Origin: a virus
Taxonomy: Duplodnaviria; Caudoviricetes
IMG/VR virus record: IMGVR_UViG_3300014205_000200
Location: 1-64,000 of that record
Strand: one strand, 5' to 3'
Length of the DNA: 64,000 nucleotides
Every line of letters begins with the position of its first letter. The stretch's first letter is position 1. Below the pieces are notes generated by a model that was not told the origin of the DNA, searched no databases, and was given only the letters and a program-made list of their open reading frames with translations. Shown one piece after another: positions 17,227-25,945 of this stretch. The position numbers and the translations under genes are program-made.

Positions 17227-19814
17227 GCATTCTCAACGCCCAATATGACCCCACCCGGGCCATCATCGAGATCGCCACCCGGGTGGGGCCCGTAGAGGCC
17301 AGCTGGCCGGACTTCTTCTACGTCCGAGCCGCCGAGGCTCAGCGGTTCCCCACGAATTGGTCTGAAGGTATCGAACCCGCCCCGGGCGGCTACGCTCGGG
17401 TGATCTGGCCGGAGAAGATCCGGATGGGGTCCAGCCGGGCGGCTCGATTCCGCTACTTCGACGAAGCGGTCTTCCGGCCTCGTGGGATCGATCCGCTGGA
17501 GGCTGACGTCGATCCGGTGCAGCGGTTCTTGATCGAGAATCCAACCTACCGGCTCGAGGACACCCCCCGGTTGCTCTATATCGACATCGAGACGGAGCGG
17601 ATCACCGACTGGGAGACGCCCTGGAACGATCGGATCCTGTCGGTCAGCTGGCGGTCGGCCGAAGGGGGCGGTCATTTCCGGGCTCCATCGCTGACCGACG
17701 AGGGCGAGCGGGTGATGCTGGCCCAGTTGAAATCCGTCATGGACCGGCACGACATCGTCCTGGCGTGGAACGGTTCTCGGTTCGACTTTCCGATGGTGAA
17801 GAGCCGGATGGCGATTCTTAACGTGCCGTTCGATCCGTCCATCTACCACTGGCTCGATCACCTCCAGATCTTCAAGCGCAGCTACCAATCGACCGACGGT
17901 GACTCGCTGAGCAGCCACGCGCTCGACCATGTGGGCTTCCACGTCTTGGGACGCCGCAAAGTGAAGCTGGAGGAGCGGGCCCGGGAGATCGGCTGGAACG
18001 GTCAGGGCGACCTGATGGTCCGCTGTTGGGAGCACGCCCCCGAGCTGCTGCGGGAGTACAACGACGCCGACGTCGACCTGATGGTGGAGATCGAGGCCAA
18101 GACGCAGCTGGTCTACCTCCACCTGTCGCTCTGTCGGCTCTGCCGGGTACTGCCCGACGAGTGGAGCCAGTACCCGTCGAAGTTGATCGACGGTCGGCTG
18201 TTCCAGCGGGGCCACGCGGCCGGCTACCACTTTCCCAGCAAGCGGAAGGTGGAGGAGCAGCAATACGGCGGTGCCGCCCGGGGGGCGTTCGTCCCCGAGG
18301 CGGTGGTGGGTCTCCACGACAGCGTGGCGGTGGTCGACTACGCGCGGATGTACCCGTCCATCATCCTGACGTTCAACATGAGCCTCGAGACGCTCGATCC
18401 CGATGGCGATCTGCGGGTGCCCGACACCGACCTTCAGGGTCAGCTGACCGGCGGCCTGGTGGCGCGGTTCCGGTCGGCGCCGGAAGGCCACCTCCCGGTC
18501 GCAATTCGAGGCGTCTTGAAGGAACGGAAGCAGTACGAGCAGCGCCGAGCCGGTCTGGAGGTCGGGAGCCCGGCCTGGCGGGACGCCGACACGCTCAGCA
18601 TGGCGTGCAAGGTCCTGGCGAACTCGTTCTACGGGGTCTTGCTGTCGCCCTACAGCCGATATTTCGAGCCGAAGCTGGGCGAGAGCGTGACGTCGGTCGG
18701 CCGCCTGCTGCTGGCCAACACGATGGCGGAGGTGAAGGCGCGGGGCCACAAGTTCATCTTCGGCGACACCGACTCGAACGCCTTCGTCGCGACCGACGAG
18801 CAGGCGAAGGCCATTCAGGACGTCGTCAACCAGGAGATGATCCCGCGCGTGCTGGCCCCCACGGGCGCCCGACCGGGTGAGATCGCGATCGACTACGAGA
18901 AGCGGTTCGCGCGTGTGCTGGTGACGGCCTCCAAGAAGTACGCCGGCCGGTTTGCGGTCTACAAAGGGAAGCCGGCCAAGTTGGACGCTCCGCTGGCGAT
19001 CAAGGGTCTGGAGATGATCCGGTCCGACGTCTGCCCGGCCGCCCGTTCGCTCCAGCGGCTGGCGATCGAGATGGTGCTGGACGGCGAACCCCCGGCGGCC
19101 CTGAGTCAGATGGTCGAGGCCGCCCGGGCGGACGTGCTGGAGGGCAAGGTCGATGCGTCCAAGCTGGTGCTCCGCAAGGCCCTGACGAAGGACGTCGACC
19201 AGTATGAGACCAAGCCGATTCAGGTGAAGGTGGCGGAGAAGATGCTGTCGGAGGGGATGCAGGCCGACGCCGGGAGCAAGATCCCCTACCTGCTGACCCG
19301 AGCGGGCCCGGTCCACCCTTCGGCGCTGAAGGACGAGTCAGAGCTGGATCTGAAGACCTATTGGGATTCGCAGATCTACCCCGCCACGCAACGTTGCCTG
19401 GAGGCCGCGTACCCAGACGCCGGGTGGGACCGGCTCCTGTTGCCGCGTAACTACAACCCCGATCAACCGGATCTGTTCGGCCGGATCCCCATTCGTCCTT
19501 CGGAGCCCGAGAACGCGCGTTCTCGCCCCACCCGGGCGGTCCGGCCCCCTGCCACCCAGGCGATCGTCGCCCCGAGGGTGGTGATCCGGATGGTCGAGCC
19601 GTCGTCGGAAGACCGGGCGGCCGATTTGGCGAAGCGTCTACACCTGCTCATCCAGGCGTTCCCGGGCGACACACCGGTGACGTTGTGGATCTCAGTCCAA
19701 CGACCTGGCGGCTCGGACCGGGTCGAAGTCGACCTGACGTTGCGGGCGGCCCGGCCGGACGAGGAACCACGGTTGGCGGCGGGTCTTCGTGCGCTTGGTC
19801 TAACGTGGGGGTAG
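17103..19814 (+). CDS. polB: family B DNA polymerase with 3'-5' exonuclease; start uncertain
   Basis: YIDIETE, WNGSRFDFP, YNDAD (Exo I-III); DYARMYPS, KVLANSFYG, FGDTDS, KKYAG, IKGLE. Confidence 0.95.
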   Translation: MGERGEERRPVRPIRDRRSDAAVGGPRREGLRDPSHEDRQVSILNAQYDPTRAIIEIATRVGPVEASWPDFFYVRAAEAQRFPTNWSEGIEPAPGGYARVIWPEKIRMGSSRAARFRYFDEAVFRPRGIDPLEADVDPVQRFLIENPTYRLEDTPRLLYIDIETERITDWETPWNDRILSVSWRSAEGGGHFRAPSLTDEGERVMLAQLKSVMDRHDIVLAWNGSRFDFPMVKSRMAILNVPFDPSIYHWLDHLQIFKRSYQSTDGDSLSSHALDHVGFHVLGRRKVKLEERAREIGWNGQGDLMVRCWEHAPELLREYNDADVDLMVEIEAKTQLVYLHLSLCRLCRVLPDEWSQYPSKLIDGRLFQRGHAAGYHFPSKRKVEEQQYGGAARGAFVPEAVVGLHDSVAVVDYARMYPSIILTFNMSLETLDPDGDLRVPDTDLQGQLTGGLVARFRSAPEGHLPVAIRGVLKERKQYEQRRAGLEVGSPAWRDADTLSMACKVLANSFYGVLLSPYSRYFEPKLGESVTSVGRLLLANTMAEVKARGHKFIFGDTDSNAFVATDEQAKAIQDVVNQEMIPRVLAPTGARPGEIAIDYEKRFARVLVTASKKYAGRFAVYKGKPAKLDAPLAIKGLEMIRSDVCPAARSLQRLAIEMVLDGEPPAALSQMVEAARADVLEGKVDASKLVLRKALTKDVDQYETKPIQVKVAEKMLSEGMQADAGSKIPYLLTRAGPVHPSALKDESELDLKTYWDSQIYPATQRCLEAAYPDAGWDRLLLPRNYNPDQPDLFGRIPIRPSEPENARSRPTRAVRPPATQAIVAPRVVIRMVEPSSEDRAADLAKRLHLLIQAFPGDTPVTLWISVQRPGGSDRVEVDLTLRAARPDEEPRLAAGLRALGLTWG
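19509..19524. repeat. 16-bp palindrome copy 4 (PolB C-terminal linker, ENARS)
   Basis: Exact. Confidence 0.95.
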
Positions 19815-19834
19815 GACGCGGGAAGATAGCTCCC

Positions 19835-20401
19835 GTGAGTGAACAAAAACCCACCCGATCGGTGAAGAAAACCTGGGCCGAGGCGCCGGTCGCCCCAGCC
19901 GCCCCCGACCCGGTCATCTACGAACCGGTGATTCGGGGCGTCGTTGACTTAGACGTTCGGGCCACCCACCAGCTTCTGACGTCCGAGCTGCGGTCCGGCG
20001 CCGACGGCATGACGGGCTCGATTCTGATCGGGGCGTTGGACGTCGTGCAGGACCGGCTGATGCAGGCCAGCCGGCTCAAGAACCGGGCCCGGCGCGAGTA
20101 CGAGTTCCACAAGGAGATCTTCTCCGAATGGATGGAGGAGAAGAAGGCGGCTGCCCTGAAGGTCCTTGGCGATAAGAAGGACGCGGGCGAGATCAAGAAG
20201 CAGATCACGATCGACATGGTGGAGGACTTCGTCCGGGTCAACTGGTCCGACGATTACCGCCGAAGGAAACGCGAGATGGCCGACTTTGCGGCGGCCGTCC
20301 ACACACTCGAAGACCTTCACGAGGCCTGGCGGGGTCGAGCACGGACGCTCGGCGACCTGAAGGACCTGGTGATCACATACCGGCCGCCAGAGCGGCGCTA
20401 G
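19835..20401 (+). CDS. coiled-coil protein, UvsY-like recombination mediator candidate
   Basis: Helical KKQITIDMVEDFV...AWRGRARTL; located between PolB and the SSB/RecA-like genes; GAAGAT-N7-GTG. Confidence 0.45.
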   Translation: MSEQKPTRSVKKTWAEAPVAPAAPDPVIYEPVIRGVVDLDVRATHQLLTSELRSGADGMTGSILIGALDVVQDRLMQASRLKNRARREYEFHKEIFSEWMEEKKAAALKVLGDKKDAGEIKKQITIDMVEDFVRVNWSDDYRRRKREMADFAAAVHTLEDLHEAWRGRARTLGDLKDLVITYRPPERR

Positions 20402-20415
20402 AAGGAGACTCCGAA

Positions 20416-21618
20416 ATGGCAACACGATCAGGATATCGCGAGATGGCGACGGGCGGCGGCGGCTGGCTGGACGGGTGGAAGAAGAAGGGCGAGCTGCTGC
20501 ACGTCCTCCACCGCGAAGGGCCGGTGATGCGCCACACCCACAACTTCCGCCAGATTCGGCTGCAAGAGGACCAGTCGGGCGTCAAGAAAACGGTCGGGTG
20601 GCTCCCTTGGAATTGTTGGGAGGAGGAGGGCTATCACCGGGCCCGGCGCCAGGACCAACCGACCGAGGCCAAATTTTGCCCCGGCTGCCGGTTGATCGAA
20701 TACTTCGAGGCTCGAGAGGACCTGGGCGACGACACGATCATCTTCAGCTTCATCGGCACCGGCCGGGAGCGGCGCGACATCACGCTGATCGACTTCGTCG
20801 GGCTGGGGAAGGGTCGTGAGTCGTTCAAAGACAACTTCGTGGCCGAGCAGCAGTTCCTGATCTCGCTCATCACGCCGATCGGCCCGGGCGAGACGCCGGA
20901 GCTGAAGTTCATCAACGAGCGGTGGTCGATGGCGAAGCGGATCCAGGAGCGGGTCGAGACCGACATCAAGCACCTGGGCGAGGACGCCGGGGATCCTTCG
21001 GTGAAGCCGATCGCCTACCTGTGGAAGACCCACACGACCGGCGGCCCGACGGTCGAGCGGTTCGCCGAGGCGAAGATCACCCCGGCGATTCAGAAGCTGT
21101 GGGAGGGCCCACCTCCCCCGTCGGAAGAGTCGTGCCGCCGGGGTGATCCGAATCTGCTGCTGGAGCAGGTCAAGTTGGCGCTGCGGGAAGACCAGGTGGG
21201 CGTGATCCCGCTCGACGACATCTTCGGCCCGGCGATCGAGGAGTACGCCAAGACCAAGTTCCCGCCTGACGAGCAGGAGGAGGTGAGCGAGACCGAGGAG
21301 GCGCCGAAGTCGAGCCGGCGACGACGCACGGCGAAACCGGCGACCGCGACCGATGAGGTCGAGAAGCTGGCGGCCGAGCCGCCCCCGCCGCCCCCGACGA
21401 CGTCCGCCAGGACCCAGCGGGCGGTCCGGCCGACCAAGGCGCCCCCGCCCCCGCCCACGAAGCCGGAGGTGCAGGTGTATGAGTGCCCGGCCTGCAAGGC
21501 CGACTGGCCGGAAGACCAGCCGACGTGCCCGAAGTGTGGCGCCGAGGCGGACGATGGCGCGGCCGAGGCCCCGCCGCCCCCGGCGACTTCGGGTGGGGTG
21601 AGGAAGCCGACTTGGTGA
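20416..21618 (+). CDS. putative single-stranded DNA-binding protein with Pro-rich linker and C-terminal zinc ribbon
   Basis: Position before the RecA-like gene; acidic/Pro-rich tail; YECPAC...TCPKCG. Confidence 0.45.
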   Translation: MATRSGYREMATGGGGWLDGWKKKGELLHVLHREGPVMRHTHNFRQIRLQEDQSGVKKTVGWLPWNCWEEEGYHRARRQDQPTEAKFCPGCRLIEYFEAREDLGDDTIIFSFIGTGRERRDITLIDFVGLGKGRESFKDNFVAEQQFLISLITPIGPGETPELKFINERWSMAKRIQERVETDIKHLGEDAGDPSVKPIAYLWKTHTTGGPTVERFAEAKITPAIQKLWEGPPPPSEESCRRGDPNLLLEQVKLALREDQVGVIPLDDIFGPAIEEYAKTKFPPDEQEEVSETEEAPKSSRRRRTAKPATATDEVEKLAAEPPPPPPTTSARTQRAVRPTKAPPPPPTKPEVQVYECPACKADWPEDQPTCPKCGAEADDGAAEAPPPPATSGGVRKPTW

Positions 21619-23741
21619 ACCGCAAGCCGCGAACGATCCGCGGTCCCAAGATGTCCGACGTTTTGACGATGTTGGCCGGCAAGAGTCGGTTGGCGCGTCG
21701 GATGTCGGACGTCGAGGACTTCACGTCGGTCCCGACGATCTTCCGGTCGTTCAACCGGGCGACGTCGGTCGGCGGGGCGCCGCTCGGTTGCACGTGGCTG
21801 ATCCACGGCCCCCCGGCGGCCGGCAAGTGTTTAGGTCGGGGAACCTTGGTCCTGACGCACGACGGTCGACAGGTGGCGGTGGAGGACGTTCGGATCGGCG
21901 ACGTTCTGCTGGGTCCCGATAGTCGACCTAGGAAGGTGCTGGCGCTCGGTTCGGGTCGAGGTCCGCTCTACCGGATCGAGCCCGAAAGAGGCGAGCCGTG
22001 GGTCTGCAACGACGCCCACATTTTGACCCTTCGGCGGATCTACGACGGGGTGACGACCATCGAGGACGTTCCACTCGAGACCTACCTGAGTGGATCAGAC
22101 ACGTTTCGGGCGGAGCGTCGGCAGTTTAGCGTCGGGGTGGAGTGGGATTGGCAGGGTCGGACTACGGAGCCGTACTTCTTGGGGGCGTGGTTTGGTGATG
22201 GTCGGAAGGACCTGGAGAGTGTCCAGCTCAGCAAGCCGGATCCCGAGATCCGGCAGCTCTGTTGGGAGGTGGCGGCCCGGTTTGACTGCACCGTTACGGA
22301 GTCGGATCTGGACCGGTGTCCGTCGTACCGGATCGTCAATCGGAAGGGAGCCGCCAACCCGCTCCTCGACTGGCTCCGCGAGATGGTGGGGCCTGACGCG
22401 ATGGTCCCGAGGCGGTATCTGCTGGCCAGCCGAAATGACAGGCTGGAGTTCCTGGCCGGCTGGCTCGATACCGATGGTTATCGAGATCGAAGAGGCTACG
22501 AGATCACCCAGAAGAGGAAAGACTACGCGGAAGCGGTCTGTTTTCTGGCCAGGTCGCTGGGCTTCTACGCTTCGATGAAGCGGAAGAAGGTTCCTGGGTA
22601 CGGGGACTATTGGAGGTGCTACATCGCCGGGGCGGTCGAAGAGATCCCGTTGAGAATTGAGCGGAAGCGTCATCGTGCCCGCCCCCAACCGCGGAAGGAT
22701 CCGACCAACACTCGGTTCAAGGTGGTACCGCTCGGTGAGGGTGAGTATTTCGGCTTCACGTTGGACGGCGACGGTCGGTTTCTGATGGGCGACTTCACGG
22801 TCACGCACAACACGGCCTTCATGGTCGGGTTAATCCAATCGGTCCAACGGGTCGGCGGCATCACGGCCTTCATCGACGCCGAGCTGTCGGCCGAGACGAA
22901 GCGGTGGTTCCGCGCCATGGGGGTCGACGGCGATCGGTGCCTCTATTACGGCCGGACCGGTCGGGGGGAGAAGAAGGACCCGATCTCGTACGAGGAGATC
23001 GTCGAGGAGACGGACGGCCTGTTGGAGCGGTATCAGGCCGGGAAGGTGTCGGGCGACATCAAGCCCGGCACGCCGTTGTTGGTGGTGGTCGATTCGATCA
23101 GCAAGATGTCGCCCGCCAGCTTGATGAAGAACATCCGGGGCAAGGACGGCGGCGACGCGCTGCGGGCCGGTGTCGGGCGCCAGCAGGCGCAGATGAACGC
23201 TGCGTGGCTGATCGCGCTCGGGCCCCGGATCGGTGACGACGACATCATCTTCGCCATCATCGCGCACGAGACCGCCAGCCAGGCGTCGGCTGGGGGTGCG
23301 TGGACGCCGGACTACAAGGTCCGGGGTGGTGAGGCGTTGATCTTCGAGGCGATGATGCAGGTCCGGGTTAACTTCGCCGGGTTGGTGAACGACCTGGCGA
23401 AGACGAAGGACGATGAGCGGGTGCCGATGGTGGGGAAGCGGCACCGCTTCCAGATCATGAAGAACAAGCATGGTCCGGCGCTCCAGACGGGGGTGCTCTA
23501 TACCGCCACCGGGGGAGGTCTCTGTCCGGCCGGGTTCGACACCACCCGGGAGCTGATCCACGAGGCGATCGGTCAGCAGGTGGTCGTCGGGCCGGATCCG
23601 AAGAACCTGACGATCGGGTCTCGGTTCGAGTTTGGCGGTCACAAGTTCACGTTGAAGGACTGCTACGTCGACCAGGCCAAGACGGCGTCGATCCTTCACG
23701 AGATCGACTTGGCGCTGCTCGACAAGCGCAAGGGAAGATAG
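21615..23741 (+). CDS. recA: RecA/UvsX-like recombinase containing an intein
   Basis: SVPTIFRSFNRA..VGGAP, HGPPAAGK|T, FIDAE, VVVDSIS, GGEAL; GTG start 21615 overlapping the previous stop. Confidence 0.88.
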   Translation: MNRKPRTIRGPKMSDVLTMLAGKSRLARRMSDVEDFTSVPTIFRSFNRATSVGGAPLGCTWLIHGPPAAGKCLGRGTLVLTHDGRQVAVEDVRIGDVLLGPDSRPRKVLALGSGRGPLYRIEPERGEPWVCNDAHILTLRRIYDGVTTIEDVPLETYLSGSDTFRAERRQFSVGVEWDWQGRTTEPYFLGAWFGDGRKDLESVQLSKPDPEIRQLCWEVAARFDCTVTESDLDRCPSYRIVNRKGAANPLLDWLREMVGPDAMVPRRYLLASRNDRLEFLAGWLDTDGYRDRRGYEITQKRKDYAEAVCFLARSLGFYASMKRKKVPGYGDYWRCYIAGAVEEIPLRIERKRHRARPQPRKDPTNTRFKVVPLGEGEYFGFTLDGDGRFLMGDFTVTHNTAFMVGLIQSVQRVGGITAFIDAELSAETKRWFRAMGVDGDRCLYYGRTGRGEKKDPISYEEIVEETDGLLERYQAGKVSGDIKPGTPLLVVVDSISKMSPASLMKNIRGKDGGDALRAGVGRQQAQMNAAWLIALGPRIGDDDIIFAIIAHETASQASAGGAWTPDYKVRGGEALIFEAMMQVRVNFAGLVNDLAKTKDDERVPMVGKRHRFQIMKNKHGPALQTGVLYTATGGGLCPAGFDTTRELIHEAIGQQVVVGPDPKNLTIGSRFEFGGHKFTLKDCYVDQAKTASILHEIDLALLDKRKGR
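21828..22811 (+). mobile_element. intein (328 aa) with LAGLIDADG homing endonuclease in the RecA-like Walker A
   Basis: Begins CLGRGT; CNDAHILT block B; YFLGAWFGDG and FLAGWLDTDG; ends DFTVTHN followed by T. Confidence 0.95.
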
Positions 23742-23745
23742 GTCT

Positions 23746-23991
23746 GTGCTGACCGACCATCTGAGCGACCGGTTGCGGGTCTTCCTCGCCACCGAGATCG
23801 GCGATCCGATTCAAGCCGAGCGGGCCCTCCTGGCCATCCGGGCCGCCTGGGCGATCCTGCTACCTGACGACGCCGGGGAGGAGAGTGTCCGGTTGTCGTA
23901 CCTGGTGGCCGGTGTGGTCGAGACTGTGACGTTGGGTCGGAAGCTGTCGACCCAGCGGGTCCTCCGGGTCATCCGATCGGACGAAGGTTGA
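23746..23991 (+). CDS. hypothetical protein
   Basis: 81 aa; GAAGAT-N6-GTG. Confidence 0.5.
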   Translation: MLTDHLSDRLRVFLATEIGDPIQAERALLAIRAAWAILLPDDAGEESVRLSYLVAGVVETVTLGRKLSTQRVLRVIRSDEG

Positions 23992-24023
23992 TCGCCCACC
24001 TGGCGGCCGGCTAGGGTGCCGGC

Positions 24024-24425
24024 ATGGCCAAGAAGAAGACCGAGATCGAAGACCCGAAGTCCGTCGAAGGCGAGACCGAGCTTCCCGCCGCCGAGCCTCC
24101 CGCCGCCGAGCCGGCCATCGACGAGCCGATCGTTCCTTCTCCGAGGACCATCCGGGCACCGGCTCCCGCGCAAGAGGCCGATCCGATGGAGTCCTTCTTG
24201 TTGGAGCTGCGTCTCCGGCCGCTCGGTATCGATCCCCGCCAACTGTCGTTCACGATGGGCGTTCCGCTGACGGCCGTCCACACGGCGTTCAACCGGCTGG
24301 AGGCCGAGGGCGCCATCGTCAAATCCAACCGCCTGGGGGCCCAGCTGGTGAGCCTGACGCCCGTCGGGGCGCTCCGGGCCAACGACGCCTTCATGGTGGT
24401 TCAGCGCCGACTCGCCGGTAAGTAG
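24024..24425 (+). CDS. winged-helix DNA-binding protein
   Basis: IDPRQLSFTMGVPLTAVHTAFNRLEAEGAIVK; TAGGGT-N6-ATG. Confidence 0.6.
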   Translation: MAKKKTEIEDPKSVEGETELPAAEPPAAEPAIDEPIVPSPRTIRAPAPAQEADPMESFLLELRLRPLGIDPRQLSFTMGVPLTAVHTAFNRLEAEGAIVKSNRLGAQLVSLTPVGALRANDAFMVVQRRLAGK

Positions 24426-24446
24426 CCTCGCGGGAAGATGGGCCCG

Positions 24447-25559
24447 ATGAAGATCGGGTTCGTGGCGGACGTCCACCTCGGTAACCACATTCGGTTCGGC
24501 GGCGAGGTGAAGTCCTCGATCAATCGCCGGGCCCAGCTGGTGGCCGACACGCTCAGGCGCGCGGGCGAACGGGCCGACCAGTTGGGTTGCTCGACCATCT
24601 ACCTGTTGGGCGACCTCTTCGACACCCACCATCCGATCCCTCAGCTGATCGACTTGGCGCAGCGGTCCATGGTGGGCCCCGAATGGGTCCTGCTGGTGGG
24701 CAACCACGACCAGAAGAGCCCGGCGCCTCGCGATCACGCGATGGCGGCGATGAGCAGGATGGTGGCGGCGGAGCCCAGCCTATCGGTGCCGCCCGGGACC
24801 GATACCGTCTTCTTGGCGATCCCGTTCGGGCCCGGGAGTTCGACCGAGTGGATCCGGAAGCAGGTCGACGTGGTTTTGAAGGAAAAATTTCGGATCGACG
24901 TTTTGCTAATCCACGCCGGTGTGGCCGACGACTCGACGCCGCCCTGGTTGCGGGAGGCGGACGACGCCATCACGGTGGCGGACCTGCACGCCGTCATGGC
25001 GAAGGCGGGGGCCCGGCGGGCGTTCGCCGGTAACTGGCACTCGGCCCAGCGGTGGAAGCTCGAGGACCCGCCGGCCGCCATCTATCAGGTCGGCACGCTG
25101 TGCCCGACCGGCTTCGACAATCCAGGGCTAAACGGCTACGGGCTTTTGGTCATGCTCGACACCGAAACGATGGAGGTCGACGCCGAAGAGATCCCCGGTC
25201 CGCGGTTCGTGAAGGTGTCGAGCGACGACGAGTTGCGGGCCGTCATGGCCGAGTTCGGCAACTTCCCGCAGCGTGAGCAGTACAGCCTGTTCGTCGAGTA
25301 CCAGGCGTCGGTGGACGTGATCGACCCCGTGGCGGCCCGGCTGGGCGCGTTGGAGGCCGAGGGCCTGCTGGCCGGCTGGGAGATCCTCCCCGACCGGTCC
25401 CGATCCGAGAAGACCGCCCGGGAGGCGGCCCAGGCGGCCAGCGGCCAGCAGACGACCGAGGCGGCGTTGGTCGCCTACGTGGAGGCGATGGAGCTGCCGG
25501 CTGATGTGGACCGCGGCCGGGTGTTGGAGCTGAGCCGAGGCTTCCTGGCGGGAAGATAG
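24447..25559 (+). CDS. sbcD: SbcD/Mre11-like metallophosphoesterase nuclease
   Basis: ADVHLG, GDLFD, VGNHD, IHAG, GNWH; start MKIGFVAD. Confidence 0.9.
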   Translation: MKIGFVADVHLGNHIRFGGEVKSSINRRAQLVADTLRRAGERADQLGCSTIYLLGDLFDTHHPIPQLIDLAQRSMVGPEWVLLVGNHDQKSPAPRDHAMAAMSRMVAAEPSLSVPPGTDTVFLAIPFGPGSSTEWIRKQVDVVLKEKFRIDVLLIHAGVADDSTPPWLREADDAITVADLHAVMAKAGARRAFAGNWHSAQRWKLEDPPAAIYQVGTLCPTGFDNPGLNGYGLLVMLDTETMEVDAEEIPGPRFVKVSSDDELRAVMAEFGNFPQREQYSLFVEYQASVDVIDPVAARLGALEAEGLLAGWEILPDRSRSEKTAREAAQAASGQQTTEAALVAYVEAMELPADVDRGRVLELSRGFLAGR

Positions 25560-25564
25560 CGGGC

Positions 25565-25945
25565 ATGAACAACATCTTGAGTCGGTGGGAGGACTGCCAG
25601 AAGGTCGCCGATGACACGGCCGACGAGTGCTCGTTCTGCCATGTGGGGTTTCAGACGGGCGACGTCTCGCTCCTGTTCGGCGAAGTGTCGGTCGCCCCGG
25701 CGGTTCGGTTCTACTGTTGCCCGACCTGCTATGCCCGGAAGGCCGAGTCGGAGCCGCTGATCCCCAGCGCGACGATGGTCTACGTCGAGAACCAACATCG
25801 CCGGCTCGACTTCGAGCAGTTGCCGCCGACCGTTCAGGACCACTTTGCGGAGGCGTTGGAGATCGTGGACCGGATCCACCAGGGCGTTGAGGAGTGGGTT
25901 CGGAAGAACCAGCTGGTGATTCCACCCGAAGGAGCGGTCAGTTGA
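25565..25945 (+). CDS. hypothetical protein with CxxC...CxxC
   Basis: 126 aa; GAAGAT-N7-ATG. Confidence 0.55.
   Translation: MNNILSRWEDCQKVADDTADECSFCHVGFQTGDVSLLFGEVSVAPAVRFYCCPTCYARKAESEPLIPSATMVYVENQHRRLDFEQLPPTVQDHFAEALEIVDRIHQGVEEWVRKNQLVIPPEGAVS

Noticed and set aside
16785-19316. 843-aa antisense ORF opposite PolB (likewise 10658..12622, 29994..31538, 55893..57494, 22830..23792 and many other long overlapping ORFs)
   Set aside because: Shadow ORFs caused by high-GC codon bias on the opposite strand of well-supported genes; Arg/Pro/Gly-rich with no motifs
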